Below are positions 13,401 through 27,239 of a DNA stretch of 64,000 bases, in pieces. Origin of the DNA: Anthoceros angustus (taxonomy: Eukaryota > Plantae > Anthocerotophyta); contig VJWM01000283.1 in NCBI GenBank assembly GCA_010909165.1, forward strand, positions 62,001-126,000, given 5' to 3'. The notes below the pieces were generated by a model. The model saw nothing but the letters and a program-made list of their open reading frames with translations. It was not told where the DNA came from and made no database searches. The translations under genes and the position numbers were made by a program. Each line of letters opens with the position of its first letter. Within the stretch, counting starts at the first letter, position 1.

Positions 13401-14449
13401 CCTAGCTTGTTGACCCCGAACAACAGATTCCTTCCCTCCACATCCTTTGTTTTTGCAAGGCCTCTTGACCATTTCACGCCATGCCTTTTATCAAGGGTCA
13501 CCGGCATCGTTGTCCACCTCACAAACCCTCCATCATCCACCGGTGCTGCGCCCTCCGCTTGTCAATTCACCTCCCCCCGGGTGCCGTCGCCATTCCTCAT
13601 CCGATTCTTGCGCCGTCGTCCGCCCCACCAGGTTGCCGGCCCCGTCCACGCCTTTGGGTGCCGTCTCGATCGCCACCACCTCCCGTGTTGCCATGGGCTG
13701 CCTCCATATGTCCTCCACGCAGTGCCCGGCATGCCAAGGTGCACATAGCGTCCGCGAAACAAATTGCATGCATGTGTCTACGGCGATGAACACGTTACGC
13801 TCAATCTAGTCTCGAACCACCACCTCATTTGATAGCAAAACATCATCATCCACTTCGTTGATTCGGACGCGATGCTCCAAGTCCGCCTCTCGGGCCGGAT
13901 GTTCCACGTCTCATGTCCTCAAATCGCCATTGGTACCGCTGCCATTTCCTCTCCCCACAACTCTCGATGTCCCTTTGTGGGATAGGTGGCCTTCTCTTCA
14001 GCACGGATCGGAGTGGCTAGGTGCAGGGTGGATGAGCGAGATAGCCCGATCCGAGCTTGCCTCTCATCCTCCCCACCCACCTACGGACACGCGGCGACGC
14101 CGCCGACAAGCAGTGCTCTAGCGATATATGTCTCCAAACTCCGGTGGTCGGCCGTCCATTGCCCGTTGCCGGGCACCATCGTCCCATCGAAGGCATTGGC
14201 TTGCCCGGTTGCCAAGCCAATGGTGCCCCTGGCGAATTCAAAGCTAAGCCGAAAAGGCTTTGTTGGCAAAGTAAGCCTTCTATCATTTATTGTTATCACG
14301 AAGAATCACAATGCATAATTGCGGTAATCATCGTCTTCCTCGAATCACCGCCACTAAAGACAACATTGTTTTGCAGTGTGACGTTGGTTACGGGGTCTTC
14401 CACTTGAGCCATCTTACTTTGCTCACTTCTCCGGAAAGTTCTGCCCCCT

Positions 14450-17400
14450 CCTCGTTCCTAGGCCACACGCCCGCGCTCTCCCTCGCTCCTCATCCCTCCA
14501 TCCCCTGGCCGGTGTGGGCACGGCGATGGCCCAGCCTATGTTATCATCCATCGTCTCCGGATGCAGCATGCGATTCACTGCGAGGCCACACAAAGCGGAC
14601 CATCGATTGAGCGCACCTGTAGGCAAACTTTCCCGTGTTTACAATATCAAATCCGGTGTACTTTCGGGATGGCCTTGTCCCTCTGCGACACTCGTACCAT
14701 CGAACCTTCAACAATTGGTTGATACTCTGCGAGAACGCGGAGTATTTGCTCTATGTGCCGTAGAAGCGGGCGCTCCTCTTCAGTCGCCGCCAGCCCCATC
14801 ATGATAAACTTTGCGGACACGCACTATCCTTTGTACTCCGGCGGCGTTTATGCGCCTCCAGTACGAGGTGGCCTTTGTTCCACATGTGACTATGTGACTT
14901 TGCTGCAGCAGGCCATCCATGATTGCGGTCACTTCATGGGTCATGCAGATGCCCATCCCATGCGTTCATAGCCCTTCTTCCGTGGATCCGGTCGAAAGTC
15001 CGCCGACCTTCCCTTGCACCGTATGTCCTCACTTCTTCCTCGTACATGTCCGCGTGCATCACCTCCGTGTGATATAGCACATATGTATGCTGCCTCCACG
15101 GCATCCATAATGTACGCGGCCGACACCAGCACCTTCTCCCCATCGTTCTGCGGTCCATGCTTCTCCCACGTGGCGTAATAAGCGGAGAAATGTCATGCCG
15201 AAATGCAAACTCTCCTCACGCATGTACCCCACCGCTATCTGGACTCGGGTCTCGCTGTGCCTTCGCTTCCACGGATCCTAAATATCTCCACGGGTACATC
15301 CACCTAGTGTGGGCCCAGGCCCAAAGCCACCTCGTCCACTAAGTGTAGTATGAGGTGGGTTGATATATCAAACATCTTAGGGGAAATTGCTTTTCCGAGC
15401 ACATTACCCTCACTTGCCTCTTGTGCTTGGATGTCCCGACTCGGTATCGTCCGGCAAATCCAGTAAGGCGTCCTAGCTTTACAACCGCCTTGTACACCTA
15501 CGGCTCTATGCACCCCGAGCGATGGGGAATATGATTTCCAACATAATGTGCGATCTGTGGCCAACTTTCCGCTTTCTTTCCACCTTACCTATGTTGGACC
15601 CATAGCACCGCGATGCGTTTAATGCCCTCAATCACGGTCTTCAAGTCGATTTGGACAAAGCGTCACGCTTGGTATTGGCCATCGTCACCTACAGGCCACA
15701 ACCATCTTTTCCCTCCGCTTGCTTCCATGTCCATGCGGCAATGTCATCTCGCTCTCCGTCGGCGTGCCATATAGCTCTGCATTGTTTTTCCACGTGCATC
15801 ACATCCTTTGGCGCCCACACAAGCATGTGCGCCAATATGGCGGACTACGAACAAGGGCGACATTCTGGTTCCAAAGTTGCCCGGACGGACGTCTGCGGTG
15901 TCGCGGCTTCTGCGTGCCATATCCGTCACAATATCATCGAGCGTTGGCGGCCTCGGTTTGGATCGGAGGTCCGATCCATCAAACCAATCCGCATCCTCCA
16001 CCGTCCCTTTGTCATTGGTGGTAGCCACCAGCGCGATCCGACATAAGCGGGCTTTTCAAATCTACGGAATAGCGAGAATCAAGGTCCGACCGGCAAGACT
16101 GCGCTCGCTTCCCTCTCACTTGCAATCCGGTGAGGTCCCCAACCCGGGTAATCGGCAATGATGCGAGAATGAAATGCCTCTTAGGATGGTTTATCGGCAT
16201 TGAAATCTTCCATGTCCACCCCTCCATAACTCTTGAGTTCATCTACCGAGTGCCATGTACATCGAAATTTTAACCATCCCGGCACACAATCGAGGCATGA
16301 TGACATGCGCCCTTTGTGCTGCCGGTGGCATGTTGTGCACAAATACCAAAACCGGCCATATGGGCGTGTTTGCGGACACAATAAGCAGGTTGAACGTACA
16401 TGGATAATGCTAACCTCAAGTTCCTCGGCTCATCGCGAAACCATCAAGCGCATCTAGTGCTGCTCTCCATCGAGTATCCGCCATCATGGACATGTCCCCA
16501 TTCTCGCTTTGCCTCCCGACATACCAAGTCATCAATCGTGCTATTTCCGCCATTCAAACATGCGTCATCGTTTCAAGGAAAATGCGGAGGACCTTCGAGG
16601 ACTCCCGTTCATCAAACCCATCCACGAACGCGTCCCACACTTTGGGCAATGGTTGCGGTCCGTACCCCACAAGCAGGCAGATCTTTCTCACAAGCATGGA
16701 TTTTCTCATATCGGGGCCAAATAGGTGCAATGACTTGGCCTCGTGCATATGTCCTTGCTCGTTCGCGGCAAAAATCCACACTTAAGAGCTTTAAGAGGCT
16801 GTCACGGCGTCCGATGTCAAACATGGTTTGCCAAGACAACAATTGTGTGGCGCTTAGCTGCTCTCTTCGCTTTCACACCCTGTGGTATAAAGGCGTCTAG
16901 CGGCGACAAGCGGATTACTGCGGTTCCTCCGTGCCAAGTGCATGATCGATTGCTTCCGCAAGTCGTCCCGGTGCATATGGGTTCATCTTCATCCGTTCCC
17001 TCGTCCATGCTCTCCACATCGGAGCTGCCACTTTGGTCGGTCCCATTGCCATCTTGCATCATACGCTCATTTCCTCCTCGTTTCATCGTCCGCGGTGGAG
17101 GAAGGCCTCCGCCATCGTCGTGTCCAAACTTGGCTCCACGATGCGCGATAAACCTCGATTAATGCAAATTAGAGAGCAATGGGCATGCGGGCACATAACA
17201 TAGCTTACGCCGCCCGGGAAGCTGCGCATAAGCAGTGCGATCTTGAGATGTCTGGAATCCACAGGTCGCCACACACAGCGGCATGGACAATACATGTAAA
17301 CCTCATTTGCAAATCGGGGCATCTTGCATGCGTGGTCCCGACCGGTGTGCGACACAAGCGGCAATCGCGGCGCACGGGCAACCTATGAATGCCGCGCAGA
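14450..17400 (-). mobile_element. CACTA (En/Spm) transposase TnpD, frameshifted
   Basis: YCPCRC (transposase-associated domain, ~17271-17292). FRDEPRNLRLALS...WPVLVFVHNMPP...DYPGLG (Transposase_21, ~16100-16442). FDISTHLILHLVDEV...TRWMYP (DUF4218, ~15291-15400). GFDIVNTGKF (DUF4216-like, ~14630-14660). Confidence 0.9.
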
Positions 17401-17849
17401 CTACCGTTAATTCATGTCCAATTCACAAGACCTCATGAAAGCCGCTTGTAGGTGCGAGCATCATCGGCCGGACGTCACCTCCAACTCGAGAACCAATCCT
17501 TCAAGATTAGAGCACCTCAGACGATGAGTCGTCCGTCGATGCATCGGAGGCAAGTGAATACGGTTGTGGATTCACGCCATGTTCATCCCGGTGAGCGGCC
17601 GGATGGGATGAATCATTGATGTCACAGGCCTAAATAAACACTCCGACGCGCCCGTCGGATGGTGAGTGTGGCGGCTATTGAAAGGGAGGACATGAGCGCC
17701 GGCTAGCGGGCGGAAGCGACTCTTGTCACATAGTATGCGTCATTGCACTTGCAAACATGTGTTGGGCTAAAAACGGATGACCCACCTCCTTCACAATTTT
17801 ACATTGGCAAAGCGGAAGCGGTTGCATTGAAGAGAAGATGATCAAGGCG

Positions 17850-18720
17850 CGCCCATCCTTGCTGCCACCTCCTTGATTTGCACCGTCCATAGCGAGGATA
17901 GTGTTGAGCTCATGCTCTCAAAGTCTCTATACAACTCCCATGTTGCGTTGCGCCATTGCGGTGAAAGGCGGTGCACCCGGTGGCACTGACGTGTTCCATC
18001 GTCTCTTACGCCGCATCCCAGTCCATTCTTGTAGTGTGTAGCTTCATCCATAGTGGCGGCGGATGTGAAGCCCCACAGCGGTTTGTTCTATCCGAAACAA
18101 TCGACTCAAATTCGCAGCAATCCTCCTTGGATTGTGGCCTGTCCAAAAAATGTAGCTCCGGAATGCGACTTGCCTCTTCTTCCCAGCCAGTGAAATTGCG
18201 AGTTCGCGTCAGGCGTGGGCGAGGGCGACGCCGTCCCATGATTCCTCCCCGCTTCCTCTTCAGATAACAAAGTTCTGCGCAATATCGGATTAGTTGAAAT
18301 GGGCCTTTGGGCAAAGCGATAAACTTTCCCATCATCATATCCAAAAAAAGCATGTCCCGAAAACCATATACGTTATTGCGGGTTTTGAAGAAATTTGGCA
18401 TCCACTTTTCGACAGGACCGAAAAGAACGTGGCCAAAAAATTATTGTCTTTGAATTCATTCCTCCAAAACTTGAGAAAAAGTGTAGGGGACGGGCTGGTG
18501 GATGCGTTTGAACATTTGTCTGAGGTCTTATCATGTGTTGTCCTAAAAATAAGGTCCATCGAATAGAGACACGGTTTTGGCGATTTGGAACATAATCGCA
18601 AATTACTGTTGTAATCATTTTGTGTGATACTACGCACTTGGTTAAGCCGTTATGTCCATGGGGAACACACAACCTATCCACTCCGGAGAAGTGGCGGTCA
18701 GGCGCCACCTTCCCATCCGG
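17850..18720 (-). pseudogene. Unidentified frameshifted ORF directly downstream of the Sola-like transposase
   Basis: Overlapping ORF pieces 18373-18723, 18335-18637 and 18006-18401 on the same strand, e.g. KFWRNEFKDNNFLATFF...FGYDDGKVYRFA; no family recognised. Confidence 0.35.
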
Positions 18721-18790
18721 CACTAGTAGGAGTCCATGGTCAGAAAACTAATAACTAATCGAACTCCATGAACCATGTTCATCAAGTGTT

Positions 18791-21700
18791 TCAATGTCCT
18801 CGCCGGATGCAACATCTTACGCCATCATCCATGACGTCCCTTCCTTCCATATGTTCCGGAGCTTCCTCACAGGCGCCAAAGCGTACATGTTTTAGTATTA
18901 TGGTTCTCCTTGCATTTAGTTGCTTGTTAGAAAACCCGTATGCCAAGATGAATGCGAAAGAAGCAATTTGTCGACGTGTTTCCAACCTCATGCTCGTCGT
19001 TGAGAGCGACCCCCACGGCGCAGCGTTGGTGGGCGTCGGGTAAAATCATCTCCTCTAGGTACCGCCTTCAAATGCGTCGGTGCATTTAGTCACCCACCAA
19101 TGGACTTTAATGAATGGGCGTCACATTGGAAGTCCACCTGAGAACTTTTGCGAGATGGTCGATTGTCGACATCATCTCACAAGGCACCGCAATCATGTGA
19201 CTGTTTGTATCTCCAACACATCGCCGTTCAAGCTTTCTTGTTCCCGCCACATCATCCCCAGACGCCCAACATACATGTCCCGGGCACCGCGACGATTGGA
19301 TCTGTAAAATCTCGACCTACGGTACAACCAGCAGGCGATGCAACTCTTCATTATGTGTTCTATCGTACCATTGCCAAGGGTCTTCAATTCCTCGGCATGC
19401 TCACATGCTATCTTGTCCACGATGGTGATTGCTCACCAATTCCTCCCACCAAATATCCTCACTGCGCCCAAATGGGTCTGAGTTTTCCTCTAGTTTCCCA
19501 CGCATTCTTTGCAAGACTTCTTTCGGATCTCTCCCCTGCAACCGCTTTTTACTTGGACCTCCAAATGAACCAAAGCAGCTTGAATAGGAGTAGATGGGAC
19601 ATTATTCAAAACTCCAAACCCTCGTCCGGTGACCCGGTATTCATCGATGGAATATTGTTTGCCCCTCATCACATAACAAGTCGCGCTCACCTCGCGTTCT
19701 CGGGTTATTTTGACGATCTTTGAAAAGATATATTGTGCAATGTTCCGACAACTTTGTTTATAGCCGCCTTACCATAAGGTATTGGCCACACAAACTTTCG
19801 GAAGTCTGGAACTTCTTTCACCTCCATAATTTTTGGTTTGGGCGTATATGCATTCTCCAAAATACCGGTCAGTTTGGGCAGCGTAAAAGCTTCCTTCCGT
19901 GCAAGCACTGTTGAAAACCTCGAAAACATCTGGTCAACCTGGTCATGAGTGTGCCCAACCAGGAGGAATCCTACTTTTACCTTCTGAAAAACCTTAAGCT
20001 CTACCAACATATTCAGGTAAGCGAATAGCAGTGCATTCTTATTCTCCCGTGCAGTATTGTCGAGTTGAAGATAGAGAACCTTTGGTAGTAGTCCCTCGTA
20101 ATTTGAAATGACATGCTGGATATTGGCTATAGTCAGGTTTGCATCGTTATGGATGTTCCCGTATGCCATGAATAGTTCCGCCGACATGGTGTAGTTATAA
20201 ATCATGCACCCCACAACATGGACGTCGATCAAACCTACATCGACAGTCCTTGGGTAAACGCGTGAAATGTGGAAGGCTGTCTTGGTCCATCCGTCGATGG
20301 ATATCCCGATATACTTTGCCGGTCTCCATAACATTTCACGCGGTGCTTGATGCATTTTCTCTCTCGGACTTGATGGCATGCGCCTCGGATCGACTTCAAA
20401 TGCTTCGCAAAATAATCACCCAAACAACGTTGAGGAATAAGCGCCGCTCGGAAAGCCACATAAGAGTGTGGTGACGGCGCACAAACTACTCCGGTCGGGC
20501 GTATTTATGCGCCGGGCCGTGACTATTCGTGGCGCCGGTGCCAACACGTGCCGGTGACCGGCGCACCATCCCCTCGCATTGCCAAAACACAATTTCACAT
20601 CAAGCCTCACCTTGTTTTTCTCTGTTTTTCTCGCTCTTTATATTTCGCTTTGAGGTAATCGCAGTTGTGCACAAGGCAAACCGATTGCTCTTGAATTTTC
20701 ACCTTGTGGAAGTCGTAGCCCAAAGTGACAAAAGTAGGAATGAGAAACATCTGTCTTTGGTAGCTGCATATGTTGCTTGTATTCTTGAAACACCTCGCCT
20801 TTTGAGTAAGAGTCGAAGGTGATACACTTCAATGTTTGGCATTCTCTCTCAATAAGCATAAGCAGTTGGTTCATCCACGCCGTTGCATCTTGATTGATGC
20901 GCCTTCGTATCATGAAGGGACCACAATGTTCCGAGCTCTCGCTTCTTTCACGCTAGACCCGATACAATAAAGCGTCAAGGCCTCTCTACAACAATACACT
21001 TTTCCTCGTCCGACAAAAGTAGGAATGAGAAACATCAGATCACGAGCTACGCATATGTTGCTTGTATTCTTGAAACACCTCGCCTTTTGAGTAAGAGTCG
21101 GAAGGTGATACACTTCAATGTTTGGCATTCTCTCGGCAATAAGCATAAACAGTTGGTTCATCCACGCCGAGTGCAGATGTCGATTCGGTCGCCAGGCGGT
21201 AAGGCAGACCACGCAATGTTCCGATCGCTCGCTGCTTCTGCACTGGCTAGACCCGATACAATAAATGCGTCTGAAGGCCTCTCTACAACAATACACTTTT
21301 CCTCGTCCGACAAGAAACGAGTCTACCCTAACCCTTCCATCGCTCCCATAATCGACATCAAAAAGGGATTGTAGGTGCATCTCCTGCTCCTGCCTGCACA
21401 TTCTAAGGAACCGATACCTCAAATCTCGAAAGGTTGCCTTCCCTATTGTCCTCAAGCATTGTCTACCACAACAGGTTTTGCGAAAATCACGGGTATCTGA
21501 ACCTCTTCACATTTCATCTCGGGCACTTTAGATTGCCTTTACGGCGTCGTGGTGATGCCATGCTCGATAAATGATTCGGACCGGGCTTCAAATTATATAC
21601 GCCTTTGTGGAGGTGGATGTTCAAATGCACATCGAGTCCTCTTCCTCCACACAGTTCCACCGACGTCGGGGGCCTGCAGTGGAAGCAGTATCTTCTAGAT

Positions 21701-23100
21701 ACAACCGGTGCAAACCGAGTTGGCATTCACCCCAGCAGGCGGCCATATCCGAATTGGCGTGTCGTCCGTGGAGCACTTCCGGAGGAGTAGTCTTGCGGAT
21801 GGCGGGATGTACGGCGAGGCTCTCGGAGAAGGACTTCCGTGAATGGAATCCAATCGAAATGGGCGGTGTCTTTGGAATGGATGCGCTTATCGCGGAAGTG
21901 GTGGAGGCCGTGCACTGCGATCTGATAACACACATCCGGAATCATGTTAACAAGAGACTTTGGAATGCAATCGATTTCTGGCACGAGTTTGCACGACGTA
22001 CCTTCATCCAGTTCTCCCTCTTCATCTTGAACACCTTGACCGATTGGCATTTCAGTGAACGCGTTGATGCCTCGACCGTAGTTCAAATGATACACATCTC
22101 GAAAGGTTGCCTTCCCTATTGTCCTCAAGCATTGTCTACCACAACAGTTTTGCGAAAATCACGGGTAATACGAACCTCTTCACATTTCATCTCGTGCACT
22201 TTAGATTGCCACTATGCCTACGTGGTGGTCTCGCCATGCTCGATAAATGATTCGGACCCGGCTTCAAATTATATGTACGCCTTTGGAGGTGGATGTTCAA
22301 ATGCACCGCTATCCGAGTCCTCTTCCTCCACAACAGTTCCACCGAACGCGTGGGCCACGCAGTGGAAACAGTATCTTCTAGATACAACCGTGCAAACCGA
22401 GTTGGCATTCACCCCAAGCGGCCATATCCGATTCGTGTCGTCCGTGGAGCACTTCCGGAGGAGTAGTCTTGCGGATGGCGGGATGTACGAGGCTGTCGGA
22501 GAAGGACTTCCGTGAATGGAATCCAACATACGAAATGGGCGGTGTGTCTTTGGAATGGATGCGATCGCGCGGAAGTGGTGGAGGCCGTGCACTGCAGACG
22601 AATAACACACATCCGGAATCATGTTCAAGAGCCTTTTGAATGCAATCGATTTCCGACGAGTTTGCACGACGTACCTTCATCTAGTTCTCCTCTTCATCTT
22701 GAACACCTTGACCGATAGGCATTTCAAGGAACCGCCGCTGATGCACCGTAGTTCAAATGATACACATCTCGGTGCGATGGAATGTCAAAATATGCAAATA
22801 GTGCGTTCCTTTGGCTGCCAGCCTCGTCTTCGTAGAGTGTTGCATATCGGGAGGAATCTTTGACCGCTAGCATCCAAGTCCTTTGACTTCAAGAACTCCT
22901 TCCACCGCTTCAACATCGGCAAATTTTCAAGAGCTACCGTGCGAGGGAAGAACGCACTTTGAATCAAGATCAAAGTCACACCCACAATTATAGACATGTG
23001 ACATAAGGTGGTACGTGTGGTGTTGGATGATTTACAATTGAAATTTGAACTTATTGGCAAATCATAATAACTGCAAGTGTCTTGATGATGGGACCGATGG
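18791..23100 (-). mobile_element. DUF7869 / Sola-like DDD transposase, frameshifted, with internal duplicated segments
   Basis: YIGISIDG (~20291-20320), LYLQLDNTARENKN (~20035-20076) and GFLLVGHTHDQVDQMFSRF (~19915-19970) in ORF 19705-20379. N-terminal C-x-x-AF-x-x-IY-x-IG and WM...MP...HLP pattern at 20910-21455. The N-terminal limit is approximate. Confidence 0.8.
21420..22780. repeat. ~670-bp near-tandem duplication
   Basis: gaaaggttgccttccctattgtcctcaagcattgtctacc at ~21428 and ~22101; the following ~600 bp align with indels. Confidence 0.85.
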
Positions 23101-24189
23101 ATATTCAGCGAATAGGATATTTGTGCATCGATGGACCTTGAATGAGAGTGCAGCCACGTGCTTAGAAAATGATGGCATAAGATGAGGTGGATGCATCGAA
23201 TTTGTAATGGGCCTATTTTAGGCATTTGAGGTTAAATGAATGATGTTGTTGAACCTCGTTGCTACTACTTGAGGCTTTTAGCGTAACTAGCGGTGTTAAG
23301 GCTTTATCGTAATCCCGTTGATGCGGTTCAAACATCCATATTTCATTTCCACAGCTCGAGCCTCTCCTTTTCATCAAGAGTTCGAGAGTCCGGATACAAT
23401 TCTCTTACTTCCTCCCGCCAACTTCCCGCATGAGGTTTTGAAGATTGCGGGATGGTGATCGCGAGGGCCCACGAGCAATAAGCATGCAGATCGACCCGCG
23501 TTGGGCGCCACGCATCGAGCGGCGGAAAAATGCGATGGTGGCGGAGGATCGCTGGGCGCGTCCATGAGGGGATGCATCCCTGTAATGTGTAACCCCACCG
23601 CTATTATGCAATTGAGAGAATCCTCTCATGGTAGTGTCCGGACGTCCACCTCAAAGGGTACTCAACGGAGAGGATATGAAGACATTGATGGAGGAGGGGC
23701 ACCAACCTCGGTGGAAATGCACGATCGCGATTCCTCATGCTTTTAACTTTGTGGAGCAGCTTTCGGTGAAAAAGCTCCGATTCTCTTCCGGCGGTACAAC
23801 ATGGACAAAGTGGGCGTTGTTGCGAAGAACCCAAGATCCAGTGCCTTGGATTCCACTCGCCTTATGGATTAACGGTTACAATGGTATTGAGGGGATTCCT
23901 GGCAAGTGGATGGATTCTATGTGACAAGCGGAATGGGCGAAGATATGCACATACGCTTTTGGTCACCAAGAAACCTCATTTGCACATAAACGATGACATC
24001 AACACACATCTCCTCGATAATGGATGCCGCCAAGATAATGCCTCGTCGTTGTGAGCGAAGTTGAAATCGGCCTTGCGTGTGATTCCAAAAGTGTTCAAGA
24101 TGTAAGTCGGTTGTATGTCATGTATCACTTCCCATTTTCGATTAGGGTTTCGCCCATCTGGTATACTCATTGTTTCCTCTTTAAATGAA

Positions 24190-26051
24190 TGGGGAGAACA
24201 ATTTTGCAGCGTTCTACTCCTTCGCGGCGAAGGGTCTTGAAGAACAGGTGTAGTGATCGACCGGTGATCGGGGCGCAGCGGTGCCGGTTATCGGTGGCTG
24301 TCTGTGTGCAGACACGATGCCCGGATTATGCAACCGGAGATGGAGGAGGACGAGGTTCCGTGTGGCCGAGCCGAGCCTCCGGAAGAGGAGGGCTGGCCTC
24401 GGTCCGATGCGGAGGCGAGCTCGAAGGCCGCCCATGGCTCGCAACATGTCCAGCCGGGGTCTTAGGAGGAGGAGGTGACCCTCCTCGTCCAGAGGACCGG
24501 CGCGGCCGGCCGCCGAAAGAAGAAGAAGGAATCCACAACTGTCGGTCTCCGGAAGATGAGAAGGCGAATGGCTGGTAAGAATGCTCCTAACGGCCTCGCC
24601 CTCCATAATTCGACGTAGAATTGAAGCATCTTGTTTTGATTTCCATGCAGAGCACACCAATCAAGCGAAAGAGGAAGGCAAGATCTCGGTGGTGATGGAG
24701 AAGAGGTGGGTAGAGGCGGAAAAATTAAGGAAGTCGAGGAAGCATGCGAAGAGGAAGCGTTGCGGAGGCGACCACGATGCCGAGCAGCGGAGCTCCTTTC
24801 GCAGGAGGATGACTATCTCGGAGATGGTTACTCGGGCCTACAAGAAGCGGGTGCAAACCACAACATTCGACATTCACATTTCGGTACTACGTCACCTTCA
24901 TTTCTAACGGATGCTCGAGATAAGGAAGGTGGATGAGGCATGGATGAAGTGCCTTGTTCGATGCGCAGTCCTGTGAAGGAAGGGACGCTCCCACTTTTGT
25001 GCATGATTGATCCGGCCGCTTGAAAGAAGATGCAGACCGGAGGAGATCGAGCCCGACATTACACCCTAGGGGTGCTTTGGGAGGGAACCATTGCTATGCC
25101 GCCATGCGACAACATGCGAAATGTATCCGGAAGATAAATTTCAATGGCTCGAGGCCATGTATGCGAGCTTGAGGAGGAGGTGACCCTCCTCGTCCGAAGA
25201 GGACCCCGCAGCACACTGTGAAAGAAGAAGAAGGGAATCCACAACCGCCCCAGTCCGAAGATGAGAAGGCGAATGGCTGGTAAGAATGCTCCTACCTCCG
25301 CCTCCGCATAACGATGTAAGAATTGAAGCATCTTGTTTTGATTTCCATGCAGAGAGCACACCAATCAAAGAGGAAGGCAAGATCTCGGGTGATGGAGAAG
25401 AGGTGGGTAGAGGCGGAAAAATTAAGGAAGTCGAGGAAGCATGCGAAGAGGAAGCGTTGCGACGACCACGATGCCGAACGACGGAGCTCCTTTCGCAGGA
25501 GGATGACTATCGGAGATGGTTCGCACTGGGCCTACAAGAAGCGGGTGCAAACCACAACATTCGACATTCACATTTCGATTACGCCCCGCTTCATTTCTAA
25601 CGCAGATGCTCGATAAGGAAGGTGGATGAGGCATGGATGAAGTGCCTTGTTCGATGATGCGCAGTCTGTGAAGGAAGGGACGCTCCCACTTTTGTGCATG
25701 ATTGATCCAAAGACAAGAAGAAGAAGATGCACCGGAGGAGATCGAGCTCAAAGATTACACCCTAGGGGTGCCGGAGGGAACCATTGCTATGCCGCCATGC
25801 ATATAATCGAAATGTATCCGCGGAAGATAAATTTCAATGGCTCGAGGCCATGTATATGTGCTTGACAGAGGAAGAAATGAGGGTCTTGGCGGTGATCACA
25901 ATGTGTGTCTGAGACAAGAGGAAGAAGCTTGGTTTTATTGAACAAGTCCGCTACATACATGATGAGCTTGAGATTTGGCACCGGACACACCCCGATGGAA
26001 AACCTACTGTGCAGTGGAAGTTCAATGTGTACAAGTTGCTGGGGATGCTAG
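24190..26051 (+). pseudogene. ParB-like + amino-MTase gene copy 2, 5' half (interrupted by the Copia insertion)
   Basis: EGTLPLLCMIDP and YTLGV-x-GGNHCYAAM (~25060-25105, repeated ~25755-25800). QVRYIHDELEIW...QWKFNVYKLLGML ends at the GCTAG target site. Homologous to 1830-2200. ~24450-25150 is duplicated at ~25170-25850. Confidence 0.72.
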
Positions 26052-26308
26052 TGATGAGAATCAATAGCTCTTAGATAGAAAAGAAACAATGGAATGAATT
26101 GATTAATGAGTAAAGTACAAGCCTTTAAATAGGCTGGGTGGTTGGGTGGTTACAACAATATGTTGTTGTAACCATAAGTAGTTGCAACCATAAGTTGTTG
26201 CAACTATAAGTTGTTGTAACAACTAACTACCTAAAGCCCTAGCTCTAAATTAATGTTTAAGTAATGAGGCCCTAATGAATAGTGCCCTAAGCTAGACCTA
26301 TTTCATCA
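26052..26308 (-). repeat. Copia 3' LTR
   Basis: TG...CA termini; ctcccact (minus-strand PPT agtgggag) immediately to its right. Confidence 0.95.
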
Positions 26309-27239
26309 CTCCCACTCACTATGAATGTAGGGGTGAATTCTAGCTTCAAAATGAGGTCTAAATCATAGATAGACTCCCACTTAATAAAAAGTTATAAGCC
26401 TAAGAAAAATGCTAAAAACTTAAGCTGTTTGATGAATAAGTAAGCCTGAAATAGAAAACCTAATATGTCCACCAAAATAATCACCAGAATAAGGTTGAAA
26501 AATAATAGCCTAAATAGCTCCAGAAATAGGCTTAAAAGAGAGGCCTAAACTAAAATAAATAAATCAGGCGCGGGCCTGAAAATAAAAAGGCCCTTAAAAA
26601 TGCTTTAAATGGATAAGCCCAATACGGGCTTATCCTAAATCGCCGCCCCGCCACGATTAGTGGGCACGGTAGACGGCCTAAGGCCTTCCGCACGCGCACA
26701 CGAGGCGGTGTCGAGGATAGCCGCCATTGCCTCCTCCTCCCGCATCGCGCCCATCGCGCCCGCCGCGCCCATCGCGCCATCGCGCCATCGCGCTGCTGCC
26801 GCCACGCCCGCTGCTCCGCCGCATCCGCGGCTCGTGGAGATCGCCTTGCGCCGCTCGGAGTCGCTCCGTGGCGCTGTGCATCGCGCGCGCTGCTGCCCCT
26901 TTTGCATCGCGGTTTGTCCACATCTAAGCTTGCCATAGCACAAATTTGTGATGTGCACGATCTTCGTGATGCTCGCTGCTAGTGTCCTCGATTGGTGGAA
27001 AGTCTGATTGGCTTATTATATGTCCATAGTGTTGCAGCCACAAAGTTGGAGACTATCTCGTGTTAATATGGCACGCTTGATAGTAGGTGAGTTATGAATT
27101 TTGCATATTCTTCCATTTTCAATATTCTTCCATTTTCCATCATTCTTCCATTTTCAATTTTTCCATTTTCCATTGTTTCCATTTTCCATGTCTTGGTCTC
27201 TAAGAAATAATATACCTAATGTGGTGGCAGGTCCTCGTC

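Noticed and set aside
11594-13748. Long + strand ORFs (215-270 aa)
   Set aside because: Pro/Ser/Leu-rich antisense shadows of the purine-rich minus-strand TE ORF.
14630-14675. RKYTGFDI resembling an MTase C-terminal motif
   Set aside because: It lies in frame within the CACTA DUF4216-like region and has no preceding FxGxG.
10098-18036. CACTAC at 10098 and reverse-complement CACTACAAGA at 18027-18036 as CACTA TIRs
   Set aside because: They match over only about 7 bp, the flanking triplets differ (ttc vs tgt), and the right site lies inside another ORF.
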